NCBI GenBank assembly: GCA_965199755.1
Contig: CBDASZ010000001.1
Span: forward strand, 576,001-640,000
Direction: 5' to 3'
Origin: an uncultured candidatus Porisulfidus sp.
GTDB lineage: Bacteria; Pseudomonadota; Gammaproteobacteria; Poriferisulfidales; Poriferisulfidaceae
Length of the DNA: 64,000 bases
How positions within the stretch are numbered: the first letter of the stretch is position 1; each line of letters starts with the position of its first letter. Below are positions 40,922 through 50,030 of the stretch, one piece after another. The translations under genes and the position numbers were made by a program. A model generated the notes under the pieces. It saw nothing but the letters and a program-made list of their open reading frames with translations, searched no databases and was not told the DNA's origin.

Positions 40922-41210
40922 TCACTGATTTCAGAGAATTTGGACTTCCAAAAGATCACTCTGGTGCTTCAGGTTGTCCTTGCAAGTCCTGCATGTATGC
41001 ATAGGCAGGCAGTTCTGGCCTCAATTTCTGATTATCCGTGCGAAATGGAAGAATTGTTCACTCATCTCCAATTCTCGCTCCGCCTAAATGCTTGTATTTC
41101 AAGGCTTTCAGCAGGCCAGAAAATTTAAAGCATAGTAAGAGTGTCTGCCAGTCACGCCTTGTGTTTGGCGCAAGGTGGCGGGAACCTAAATAATTTAGTA
41201 AGATGAAGGC

Positions 41211-41552
41211 ATGCGCAAGACATTGCTGACCGCATTGATGGTCATGTACGTTGCAAACACCACCGTAGCGTTTGCTTCGGCGAAGCATTGCGCAATGGAA
41301 ATAGAGCATATCTCCACCATGTCGCAGTCGTCCGAGCATGATCTCTCATGCCATGAGAAGGATCACTCGCAAAATCATGATGAGCACTGCGGCGGCTCCT
41401 GCGCGTGCCCCCATGCAGTCGCGGCATTCACATCCTACTTGAAGTCCGCCGACAGGCTGTTTTCTTTCCCCTCAGTGAAGCCGCAATTCCGACTGCATAA
41501 CGACACGGCGTCCATTCCTCTCACCTGGATCCCTCCGAACCGACCTCCCTGA
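41211..41552 (+). CDS. His/Cys-rich exported leader protein ending PPNRPP (CopL/CutF/CruR DUF2946-like)
   Basis: N-terminal hydrophobic signal, HC...CHEKDH...HDEHCGGSCACPH, C-terminal Pro-rich RPP-stop. Confidence 0.7.
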   Translation: MRKTLLTALMVMYVANTTVAFASAKHCAMEIEHISTMSQSSEHDLSCHEKDHSQNHDEHCGGSCACPHAVAAFTSYLKSADRLFSFPSVKPQFRLHNDTASIPLTWIPPNRPP

Positions 41553-41660
41553 TTCTCTCCCTGAGTGCGCATTTGCGCAATGCGGAACCAATGGGTTTCG
41601 CTGAGGTTGCCGGCGTCATGCTGGCGACGATGATGACTCAATCATTGCTCGGGGAGAACA
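41553..41660 (+). promoter_or_regulatory. putative SD-sequestering multi-branch RNA structure
   Basis: TCTCCCTGAG (41556-41565) pairs with CTCGGGGAGA (41648-41657, contains the SD), enclosing 3-4 inner hairpins. Confidence 0.6.
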
Positions 41661-42305
41661 ATGAAACAAATAACCGCACTGCTGGTGATCAGTGCACTGC
41701 TCCATGCCCCGGAGGCATGGCCGAGACCGGTCTCCTATCCGGGAGGCTGGACCAGCGTGGTGATGAATAGTGACGCGCGCAATTCCCTATACGTGCATTA
41801 TTCGCCCACCTCCAGATATTCACTCGGCTACAAGCTGGAATACTGGCGCGACGGGGAGTACGCGATCTCCGCTCTGCAAATGAATAATTTGCTGCAACGC
41901 TTCAATGGATCGGACTATCAGAGCAATATATATCTGAAGTCTGGTGTCGGCGTCGCCTATCGGGATCGAGGCCAGGAGGATCATAAAGTCGAACCGACTG
42001 TGTATACGGGGGTTGCGATAGACTGGGAGAGCCGCCGCTTTTTTGCGCGATACGAAAATCGCTACACGGAAGCGGGTGCGATCGATGATTTCTTCATGCA
42101 ATCGGTTCGTGTTGGCATCGCGCCTTATCTTGGCGATTATGGCGATCTGCATACGTGGGTGATGCTGGAGCTGGAACATAAGCCGGAACATTATGACCCC
42201 GTTGTGGTCAAACCATTGCTACGCTTCTTCAAGGGCACCCATCTGGTTGAAGTCGGCATGAGCACACGCGGAGAAGTCCTTTTCAACTGGATTATTCGCT
42301 ACTGA
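41661..42305 (+). CDS. uncharacterised outer-membrane beta-barrel-like protein
   Basis: Signal peptide, RPVSYPGGWT start, alternating aromatic beta-strands, C-terminal FNWIIRY. Confidence 0.7.
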   Translation: MKQITALLVISALLHAPEAWPRPVSYPGGWTSVVMNSDARNSLYVHYSPTSRYSLGYKLEYWRDGEYAISALQMNNLLQRFNGSDYQSNIYLKSGVGVAYRDRGQEDHKVEPTVYTGVAIDWESRRFFARYENRYTEAGAIDDFFMQSVRVGIAPYLGDYGDLHTWVMLELEHKPEHYDPVVVKPLLRFFKGTHLVEVGMSTRGEVLFNWIIRY

Positions 42306-42327
42306 ACTTAAACAACAAGAGGAAGAT

Positions 42328-42642
42328 ATGAAAACTAGGAACCTGATTTTGGCGCTGGCGCTGTGGCTACCTGTGGCGCTGGCAGAGACTCCCGCAGAGC
42401 GGATTTATGTCGATGTGAATGGCATGGTCTGCGATTTCTGTGCGCGCAGTCTGGAGAAAGTGTTCGGCAAGCAGGATGCCGTTTCTGGCATTGACGTAGA
42501 CCTGGACAACAAGATTATCACGATTGACCTCAACGAGGGCATGGATCTTGAGGATGAGCTCATCTCGACTCTGGTTGAGGATGCGGGCTACAGCGTGGTC
42601 GGAATACGCCGTGCGGAAGGAGGCGCTAGTGAAAGCGGATAA
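42328..42642 (+). CDS. periplasmic heavy-metal-associated (HMA, MerP/CopZ-like) protein
   Basis: Signal peptide; VNGMVCDFCA CxxC motif; DAGY. Confidence 0.9.
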   Translation: MKTRNLILALALWLPVALAETPAERIYVDVNGMVCDFCARSLEKVFGKQDAVSGIDVDLDNKIITIDLNEGMDLEDELISTLVEDAGYSVVGIRRAEGGASESG

Positions 42643-43033
42643 CTCCTCTCCGGTGACGAGTTCCTGGCGTCAGACGACTCTCTCTTCAGTCAGTCTGCTC
42701 GCCAGCCTTGGCACGCTCGTTTGTTGCGCACTCCCGGCCCTGCTTGTGACGCTCGGCATGGGCATGGCGCTGGCGGGTCTGGTGTCCGCCATGCCCTGGG
42801 TCGTCGTCTTGTCGGAGCACAAGGTCCTTGTGTTTGGCGTGTCGGGCGGGGTTCTGTGTCTGGCCGCCCTGTTGCAGTGGCGCGGGAGAAGGGCACCCTG
42901 TCCTGCGGACCCGCATAAAGCAAAGATCTGCACGCTGCTGCGCGAGGTGAGCTGGACTCTTTTGGGGGTCGCAGTCGTGCTGTATGCGGTGGGCTTCTTT
43001 TTTGCCTTTCTGGCGGCGGATATTTTCTTCTAG
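42629..43033 (+). CDS. MerT/MerC-like three-TM metal transporter
   Basis: GTG start after GGAGG; TLVCCALPALL Cys pair in TM1; loop APCPADP...C. Confidence 0.75.
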   Translation: MKADNSSPVTSSWRQTTLSSVSLLASLGTLVCCALPALLVTLGMGMALAGLVSAMPWVVVLSEHKVLVFGVSGGVLCLAALLQWRGRRAPCPADPHKAKICTLLREVSWTLLGVAVVLYAVGFFFAFLAADIFF

Positions 43034-43177
43034 GGCAGATTAAAGTCGGTATCCGCATCGCCTGAATGTTGCATAATTTGCCGAAATAGAGTAACCTATT
43101 CGCCCGTTGACGCATCCTGTGTTGAGCGGGTTGCGTTTTTTAATGACAGACATATCACTATAGACTTAATCCTACGC

Positions 43178-44332
43178 ATGAGAATCGGGATACCTAAGGA
43201 AATTCGCTCGGGAGAAGCCCGCGTCGCCATTTCCCCAGAAACCATCAAAAAACTGACTGCCATGAACATGGAAGTCGTTGTCGAGGCCGGCTGCGGGCAA
43301 GGCTCCTGCGTCACGGATGAGGAATACACCGCCGCAGGCGCGCAAATCGCGCCGGACGCGGCCGCCACTTTGAGCGATGCCGATCTGGTCTTCAAGGTGC
43401 AACGACCGATGAGCGCGCCAGAAGGCACCGATGAGATCGCGCTGATGAAAGAGGGCGCTATTCTGGTCGGACATCTCGGTGCCTTGTCCAATCCCAACTC
43501 GATCAATGGCTACAACACCCGTAAACTGACTTCCTTTGCCATGGATTTGATGCCGCGCATCAGCCGCGCGCAATCCATGGACGTACTCTCCTCACAAAGC
43601 AATCTGGCAGGCTACAAGGCCGTAGTCGACGCCGCGACCGAACATGTCAGCGCGTTTCCGATGATGATGACCGCAGCCGGCACAGTGGCTCCGGCCAAGG
43701 TGTTTGTCATGGGAGTCGGCGTGGCCGGTCTGCAGGCGATCGCCACCGCCAAGCGTATGGGAGCCGTGGTGACCGCATACGACGTACGCCCGGCGACCCG
43801 CGAGCAGGTTGAGAGTCTGGGTGGCAAGTTCCTGATCGTGGACGAAGAAGCCATGAAGGACGCTGAGACCTCAGGCGGTTACGCCAAGGAGATGACCGAG
43901 GAATACAAGCGCAAGGAGCGCGAAGTGATTGCTGGCCATGTCAAGCAGCAGGACATTGTGATTACCACGGCGCTGATTCCGGGACGTCCGGCACCGGTGC
44001 TGGTGACCCGCGAGATGGTGGAGTCCATGAAGCCAGGTTCCGTGATTGTCGACCTGGCGGTGGAAACCGGCGGCAACTGCGAATGTGCCGAGCGTGGTAT
44101 GGTCGCCGAGCATCAGGGCGTGCGCATCATTGGTTACGACAATATGCCAGCGCGACTGGCGCGCGATGCCAGCAACCTGTTTGCCAAGAACATTCTGAAT
44201 TTTCTTTCTCCGCACATCGACACGGAAAGCGGTTCGCTCAATCTGGATTGGGAGGATGAAACCGTATCGGATACGGTGCTGACGCGCGATGGGGCGGTGG
44301 TCAACGAACGAATCAAGGAGTTGATGTCATGA
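43178..44332 (+). CDS. pntAa: NAD(P) transhydrogenase subunit alpha part 1
   Basis: [38 protein letters not shown]. Confidence 0.96.
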   Translation: MRIGIPKEIRSGEARVAISPETIKKLTAMNMEVVVEAGCGQGSCVTDEEYTAAGAQIAPDAAATLSDADLVFKVQRPMSAPEGTDEIALMKEGAILVGHLGALSNPNSINGYNTRKLTSFAMDLMPRISRAQSMDVLSSQSNLAGYKAVVDAATEHVSAFPMMMTAAGTVAPAKVFVMGVGVAGLQAIATAKRMGAVVTAYDVRPATREQVESLGGKFLIVDEEAMKDAETSGGYAKEMTEEYKRKEREVIAGHVKQQDIVITTALIPGRPAPVLVTREMVESMKPGSVIVDLAVETGGNCECAERGMVAEHQGVRIIGYDNMPARLARDASNLFAKNILNFLSPHIDTESGSLNLDWEDETVSDTVLTRDGAVVNERIKELMS

Positions 44333-44640
44333 TGGAAACGTCGTTTCTGAACCTGTTCACTGTGTTTGTGCTGGCGTGCTTCGTCGGCTTCTACGTGGTG
44401 TGGAGCGTCACTCCGGCACTGCATTCGCCGCTGCTGGCGGTGACCAACGCCATTTCTTCCGTGATTATTGTCGGCGGCCTGCTAGCGGCTGGCCCGGAAA
44501 TTGAGGTGCCCGAATTTCTCGGCATGCTGGACTTGTCGGGCCTGATGGGCTTTATCGCGGTGACGCTGGCCTCCGTCAACATCTTCGGCGGCTTTCTGGT
44601 GACCCAGCGCATGCTGGCCATGTTCAAGAAAAAACAGTAA
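44329..44640 (+). CDS. pntAb: NAD(P) transhydrogenase subunit alpha part 2
   Basis: [28 protein letters not shown]. Confidence 0.95.
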   Translation: MMETSFLNLFTVFVLACFVGFYVVWSVTPALHSPLLAVTNAISSVIIVGGLLAAGPEIEVPEFLGMLDLSGLMGFIAVTLASVNIFGGFLVTQRMLAMFKKKQ

Positions 44641-44658
44641 TTTGTCAGGGATGATGCC

Positions 44659-46056
44659 ATGAGTAGCAACTGGACCGGTTTCGCCTATCTCGTCTCCGCC
44701 GTATTTTTCATTATGGCGCTGCGTGGCCTGTCGTCGCCGACCTCGGCGCGTCAAGGTAATGTGATGGGCATTTTGGGCATGATTATTGCCGTGGTGACCA
44801 CTCTGCTGGACCCAGAGGTCATCAACTACGAAATGATCCTCAGCGGTATCGTCGTCGGCGGTGCCATCGGCACCGTGGTGGCGTTCCGCATCAATATGAC
44901 GGCGCTGCCGCAGTTGGTGGCTGCGTTCCACTCGCTGGTAGGTATGGCGGCCGTACTGGTCGCGATCGCGGCCTTCTTCAATCCGGTGGCTTATGACCTG
45001 GGAACGGTCGGCAACATTGGCGCGGCGTCTCTGGTCGAAATGAGTCTGGGCGCGGCGATCGGCGCGATCACCTTCTCGGGTTCGGTCATCGCATTCGCCA
45101 AACTGCAGGGCCTCGTCAGCGGCAACCCGGTAGTGTTCCCGCTGCAGCATCCGCTGAACGCGATTATCGGGATCGTTATTGTCGCCCTCATCGTGATGCT
45201 GGTGCAGACTCAGGACCCGACGGTGTTCTGGGCCTTGATTGCTCTGTCATTTTTGATTGGCTTTTTGATCATCATTCCGATTGGTGGCGCGGATATGCCG
45301 GTCGTGGTCTCCATGCTGAACTCTTATTCCGGCTGGGCGGCTTGCGGTATCGGTTTCACCCTCAGCAACATGGCGCTGATTATTACAGGCGCACTGGTGG
45401 GATCCTCCGGCGCGATCCTCAGTTATATCATGTGTAAAGGCATGAACCGCTCGATCTTCAATGTACTGCTTGGCGGATTCGGCGGCGATTCTGTCGCGGC
45501 GGCGGCTACCGGCGATGGTGGTGCCGCGCGTTCGGTCAAGCAGGGCAGTGCGGATGATGCCGCTTTCATCATGAGCAATGCCAGCAAGGTGATTGTGGTG
45601 CCGGGCTACGGCATGGCTGTGGCACAGGCCCAGCACGCGCTGCGGGAAATGGCGGATCTGCTGAAAGCCTCCGGCGTGGAAGTCAAATATGCGATTCATC
45701 CGGTCGCAGGACGGATGCCGGGACACATGAATGTCCTGCTGGCGGAAGCCTCCGTTCCGTACGAGGAAGTCTTCGAACTCGAAGATATCAACCATGAATT
45801 CTCCACCGCGGATGTGGCGTATGTCATTGGTGCCAATGACGTGACCAATCCGTTAGCGAAAACCGATCCGACCTCACCCATCTACGGCATGCCGATTCTG
45901 GATGTCGAGAAAGCCAGCACGACCCTGTTCGTCAAGCGCTCCATGGGTTCCGGCTACGCCGGCGTTGACAACGAACTGTTCTTCCGTGACAAGACGATGA
46001 TGCTGTTCGGCGACGCCAAGAAGATGACCGAAGAGATCGTCCAGGCACTGGGTTAA
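44659..46056 (+). CDS. pntB: NAD(P) transhydrogenase subunit beta
   Basis: IGGADMPVVVSMLNSYSG, HPVAGRMPGHMNVLLAEA. Confidence 0.98.
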   Translation: MSSNWTGFAYLVSAVFFIMALRGLSSPTSARQGNVMGILGMIIAVVTTLLDPEVINYEMILSGIVVGGAIGTVVAFRINMTALPQLVAAFHSLVGMAAVLVAIAAFFNPVAYDLGTVGNIGAASLVEMSLGAAIGAITFSGSVIAFAKLQGLVSGNPVVFPLQHPLNAIIGIVIVALIVMLVQTQDPTVFWALIALSFLIGFLIIIPIGGADMPVVVSMLNSYSGWAACGIGFTLSNMALIITGALVGSSGAILSYIMCKGMNRSIFNVLLGGFGGDSVAAAATGDGGAARSVKQGSADDAAFIMSNASKVIVVPGYGMAVAQAQHALREMADLLKASGVEVKYAIHPVAGRMPGHMNVLLAEASVPYEEVFELEDINHEFSTADVAYVIGANDVTNPLAKTDPTSPIYGMPILDVEKASTTLFVKRSMGSGYAGVDNELFFRDKTMMLFGDAKKMTEEIVQALG

Positions 46057-46069
46057 TTCGGAGTTTGGG

Positions 46070-46747
46070 TTGCGTCTGCAAACCCTGCTGAACCGACTTC
46101 GCGAGCAAAGCGCCCGTCCCTTACGAGACGGGCGTTTTGGTTGGTGGCCAGCGCGTAGCGTCTTTGAGGTGATGGTCGGTGCCATTCTCACGCAAAACAC
46201 CGCGTGGACCAATGTTGAGAAATCTATCGCGCGACTGCGCGCCGAGGGCTGCCTCAATGTAGATGCGGTGCTGGCCTTATCGCCTCAGAAACTAGCCGAA
46301 CTGATCCACCCGTCTGGCTATTACAACATCAAGCAGCAGCGCCTGCGGGCCTTGTGTCAGTGGTATCAGGAGCACGGCCCCATCCGTCGCCTGCGGAAAA
46401 TTCCCACCGAATCCCTGCGCGCACAACTGCTGTCTGTACACGGGGTCGGGCCGGAGACCGCCGATGATATTTTGCTGTACGCCTTGGGTCGACCGGTCTT
46501 CGTCGTGGATGCCTACACGCGTCGCTTGCTGGCGCGCCTTGGTGAAGTCGCGCCGGACATTGGCTATGAAGACCTGCGTCAGCGCTTTGAGCGTGAATTG
46601 CCGGTGGATCCGGCCTTGTATAACGAATACCATGCGCGAATCGTGTTGCATGCCAAGCATATTTGCACGGCGCGCGAGCCGCAGTGTGGAAAGTGTCACC
46701 TGCGCAGAGACTGCGCTTACGCGCAGCAGAAGGACAAGACTTTATGA
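46070..46747 (+). CDS. HhH-GPD endonuclease III-related DNA glycosylase
   Basis: WWPA..FEVMVGAILTQNTAW, GVGPETADDILLYA, VVDAYTRR, C-terminal Fe-S Cys motif. Confidence 0.88.
   Translation: MRLQTLLNRLREQSARPLRDGRFGWWPARSVFEVMVGAILTQNTAWTNVEKSIARLRAEGCLNVDAVLALSPQKLAELIHPSGYYNIKQQRLRALCQWYQEHGPIRRLRKIPTESLRAQLLSVHGVGPETADDILLYALGRPVFVVDAYTRRLLARLGEVAPDIGYEDLRQRFERELPVDPALYNEYHARIVLHAKHICTAREPQCGKCHLRRDCAYAQQKDKTL
46109..46138 (+). terminator. probable pnt operon intrinsic terminator, lying inside the 5' end of the next CDS
   Basis: AGCGCCCGTC / GACGGGCGTT hairpin ending in TTTT, about 50 nt after the pntB stop. Confidence 0.6.
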
Positions 46748-47506
46748 GGGATTCAGGGACACCACACGGCCAGTGACACCGCGGCTGTCGGAGCCCAGAA
46801 AATACACGAACGCATCGACAATATCCGCCGCACTGGCGTGTACGCTGCCCGCTTCGCCGGGATAATTCTGCCGCCGCATTCGGGTCTCGACTGGCCCGGG
46901 GTCAATGCCGTTGACCCGAATCGTGTGATCGCCATCGAGTTCCTCAACCAGAATACCAAGCAAGCCGTCAAGCCCGGCCTTGGCCACACCATAGGCACCC
47001 CAATAGGCATGGCGTGCGTAACGATCAAGCGTGAAGAGCAGGCACGGATCCGGGGCTTGATCCAGCAGTGGCAGGCAGGCTTGCGTCAATAACCAGGGTG
47101 CCAGCAGATTGACGCGCATCAAGCGGGTGAAGTCAGTGGCTTCAGCCAGACGCAAGGGACGCAGCCCGCCGACCAGTCCGGCATTGTTAAGCAAGCCGTC
47201 AAGACGCCCGAAATCAGTCTCAATGCGCTGCGCCATTTCGGCGAAGTCTTCCACGGTCGCGCCAGCAAGATCCAGCGGATAAATCGCGGGCTCTGGGCCG
47301 CCGGCAGCGACGATGCGGTCATAGATTGCTTCCAGTCTTGGGATGTCTCGCGCCAGCAAGATGACGGTCGCGCCGGATCGCGCGCAGGCGCAGGCGACTT
47401 CGCTGCCGATGCCGGAACTCGCGCCGGTGATTAAAACGGTGCGTTGTGCGAGTGCGTCAGGCGTGGTCAGAAAGGCCGACGCATCGGCATATTCAGCGGG
47501 GATCAT
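46742..47506 (-). CDS. YciK-like SDR oxidoreductase
   Basis: ITGASSGIG, LLNNAG, YGVAK, T.MRRQNYPGE. Confidence 0.88.
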   Translation of the reverse strand: MIPAEYADASAFLTTPDALAQRTVLITGASSGIGSEVACACARSGATVILLARDIPRLEAIYDRIVAAGGPEPAIYPLDLAGATVEDFAEMAQRIETDFGRLDGLLNNAGLVGGLRPLRLAEATDFTRLMRVNLLAPWLLTQACLPLLDQAPDPCLLFTLDRYARHAYWGAYGVAKAGLDGLLGILVEELDGDHTIRVNGIDPGPVETRMRRQNYPGEAGSVHASAADIVDAFVYFLGSDSRGVTGRVVSLNPS

Positions 47507-48629
47507 CCTTATCGTCCGCTGCCGCAGACAGACTGCGCGGCACCTGATCGATGGGGTCCAAGTCGGGGACTTCTTTCTTTGTAGGCACACCCAGTTCCTG
47601 AAACTTGCGGGTGGTCGGCAGAATGCGGGTCTCCCATGTGCCGATCATTTTGTTGTAGTTTTCAATGCTGCCGCTCAAAGTTCTACGTAACTTCGACATA
47701 TGTTCACTGAAGGCAGCTACGCGATCATACAATTCCTGACCCAGCGTGCGAATCTGTTCCGCGCCTTCGGCGAGTTTCTTCTGGTTCCAGCCGTAGGCCA
47801 CCGCGCGCAGGATGGCCATCAGACTGCTTGGGGTGGTCAGCAGCACACGCTGCTGCAGCGCGAAGTCCATTAACTCCGGGTCGTGCTCCAGCGCGGCATT
47901 CAGAAACTGATCACCGGGCAGAAACATAACGACAAAATCCAGCGCTTCCTCGTGCGAGAAATTGCTGGCATAATCCTTGCCAGCCAGATCCTTGACCATC
48001 GCGCGCACCGCCTCGGCGTAACGCACCATCAAGGCTTTTTGCTGGCTTTGTTCGGTCTCCCGATAGGCATCCTGATACAACTGCAGCGGCGCCTTGGCAT
48101 CAATCGGAAGCACCCGGCTCTCCGGTAGGCGCACCACCACATCCGGGCGTCGGCCCTGATGCTGTTCCTGCTCATAGAAGTCAACATGCCGGGTCATGCC
48201 AGCGAGTTCAATGACGCGACGCAGCGTGACCTCGCCATAAGAGCCGCGCACTTCGGGGCGAGACAGCGCCTGTGACAGATTTTGCGTCTCCCGCCGCAGC
48301 GCTTCCTGCGCTGCCACCGCATCATGCATCTGTTGCGTCAGTTTGCCGTAGGCCGTGTTGCGATCGCGCTCAATGTCGGTCATCTGTTCTTGTGTTTTCT
48401 GCAGCATGTCGCGCACGGGCTTGAGCGAGTGCTCCAGCTTTTCATGCTGTACGCCGGCATTGCGATCCAGCGCTTCCGCGGAGAGCGCGGCGAAACTTTC
48501 ACGCAGGCTCTGGTTGAACTGGTTCATTTGCGCCTGATCCCGGCGCTGTGAGACCCACAGCCCGATAATGACGCCGATAGACAGTCCCATCACAAACATC
48601 ATCAGCCAGATCCAGGAGCTCATGGTCAT
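47493..48629 (-). CDS. rmuC: DNA recombination protein RmuC
   Basis: N-terminal TM, RGSYGE, RPDVVVRLP, IDAK, DFVVMFLPG, TPSSL. Confidence 0.93.
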   Translation of the reverse strand: MTMSSWIWLMMFVMGLSIGVIIGLWVSQRRDQAQMNQFNQSLRESFAALSAEALDRNAGVQHEKLEHSLKPVRDMLQKTQEQMTDIERDRNTAYGKLTQQMHDAVAAQEALRRETQNLSQALSRPEVRGSYGEVTLRRVIELAGMTRHVDFYEQEQHQGRRPDVVVRLPESRVLPIDAKAPLQLYQDAYRETEQSQQKALMVRYAEAVRAMVKDLAGKDYASNFSHEEALDFVVMFLPGDQFLNAALEHDPELMDFALQQRVLLTTPSSLMAILRAVAYGWNQKKLAEGAEQIRTLGQELYDRVAAFSEHMSKLRRTLSGSIENYNKMIGTWETRILPTTRKFQELGVPTKKEVPDLDPIDQVPRSLSAAADDKDDPR

Positions 48630-49294
48630 TCTCCCAACAAAGCGATCAGTTCTTGCGGATGCTGGATGATGGCATCGCTGCCCCAGGATTCCAGATCCGC
48701 GTACGGCTCAATATAACCGAATGCTGCGGCGACACCGATCATGCCGGCTGCGGCCGCCGCCTGCATGTCGCGCGGGTCATCTCCCACATACATGCAGGAA
48801 CTGGGTTCAATGCCCGCCTGGCGCGCCGCTTCGAGCAATTGATCCGGGTGCGGTTTGCGTCGCGACAGCGAGTCTCCTCCCAGAATGCACACTGGCGCGT
48901 ATGGCAGCGGCAGCGCTTCGGCGACCGCCACGACCAGAGATTCCATCTTGTTGCTAATGATGCCCCAAGGCAGGGCGCGGCGCTCAATCTCCGCCAGCAC
49001 CTCATCCATACCCTCGAACAGCACAGAGTGCTCGCAAGGAGCGGCGGCATAGCGTCTCAGAAGTTCCGCGAGTAGGACGTCCTCGAATCCTTCATCGAGT
49101 TCTCCGAAGCCGAGCCGGATCAGTACACGGGCACCTTTTGATACCTGATTGCGCACAGTGTCATAGTCCACTGGTGGCAAGCCTTCATCCTGAAGCAGGC
49201 TGTTGAGCAATGGCACAACATCACGGGCGGTGTCCGCCAATGTGCCGTCCATATCAAGAAACACGCCGCGAATATCGGCGAAAGCTGCGGACAT
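48626..49294 (-). CDS. gph: phosphoglycolate phosphatase-like HAD hydrolase
   Basis: DMDGTLADT, KPHPD, YVGDDPRD; ubiG-gph synteny. Confidence 0.85.
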   Translation of the reverse strand: MSAAFADIRGVFLDMDGTLADTARDVVPLLNSLLQDEGLPPVDYDTVRNQVSKGARVLIRLGFGELDEGFEDVLLAELLRRYAAAPCEHSVLFEGMDEVLAEIERRALPWGIISNKMESLVVAVAEALPLPYAPVCILGGDSLSRRKPHPDQLLEAARQAGIEPSSCMYVGDDPRDMQAAAAAGMIGVAAAFGYIEPYADLESWGSDAIIQHPQELIALLGE

Positions 49295-49328
49295 AACAGA
49301 TCCGTGAGTGTGGCAGCGCTGTGTGCTT

Positions 49329-50030
49329 TCAGAGGCGTTGCAGCCGCATCAGATAATTGGCCTGAATGGAGGCACAGAAATTGGTTTGGCGCGTGAGCGG
49401 ATTGTAGGTCATGCCCTGAATATGCTGCACTGTCAGCCCGGCCTGGCGCGCCGAGCGAGCCAGTTCGGAAGGCCGAATGAAGCGATCGTAGCGATGGGTG
49501 CCAATCTCCAGCAACTGCAGCAGATATTCGGCGCCGAGAATAAGCAGCGCAAACGCCATAGCCGTGCGATTGATGGTCGCGATCACCAGATGGCCGCCGG
49601 GACGCAGGGCGCGGGCGCAATCTGACAGCAGTGCCGGGACGTCCGGCACATGCTCCAGCAACTCCATGCACACCACCAGATCGAAGACTCCAGAGTGTTC
49701 TTCAGCGAAGCCGCGTGCGTCTTGCTGAATGTAGTTGACCGACAAGTTCTCCGGCAGATGCGCGCGGGCCTGATACAGCGCGTGGCCGGATAAGTCCAGA
49801 CCGGTGACCTGAGCGCCGTGCCGCGCCATGGCTTCAGACAGAATGCCACCGCCGCAGCCGATGTCGAGCACTCGCGCCTGCTGCAGTGAGCGGGTGTCCA
49901 TCAGATACTGCAATCGTATGGGGTTGATGGCGTGGAGCAGGCGCATCGAACCCTGCAGATCCCACCAGTCCAGCGCGGGCTGGTCGAAATGGGTCAGTTC
50001 GACCGGGTCAAAGTTGACCGCGGTGCTCAC
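49329..50030 (-). CDS. ubiG: ubiquinone biosynthesis O-methyltransferase
   Basis: WWD..G...LHAINPIRL, LDIGCGGGILSE, ELLEHVPD; GTG start overlaps the upstream TGA. Confidence 0.95.
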   Translation of the reverse strand: MSTAVNFDPVELTHFDQPALDWWDLQGSMRLLHAINPIRLQYLMDTRSLQQARVLDIGCGGGILSEAMARHGAQVTGLDLSGHALYQARAHLPENLSVNYIQQDARGFAEEHSGVFDLVVCMELLEHVPDVPALLSDCARALRPGGHLVIATINRTAMAFALLILGAEYLLQLLEIGTHRYDRFIRPSELARSARQAGLTVQHIQGMTYNPLTRQTNFCASIQANYLMRLQRL

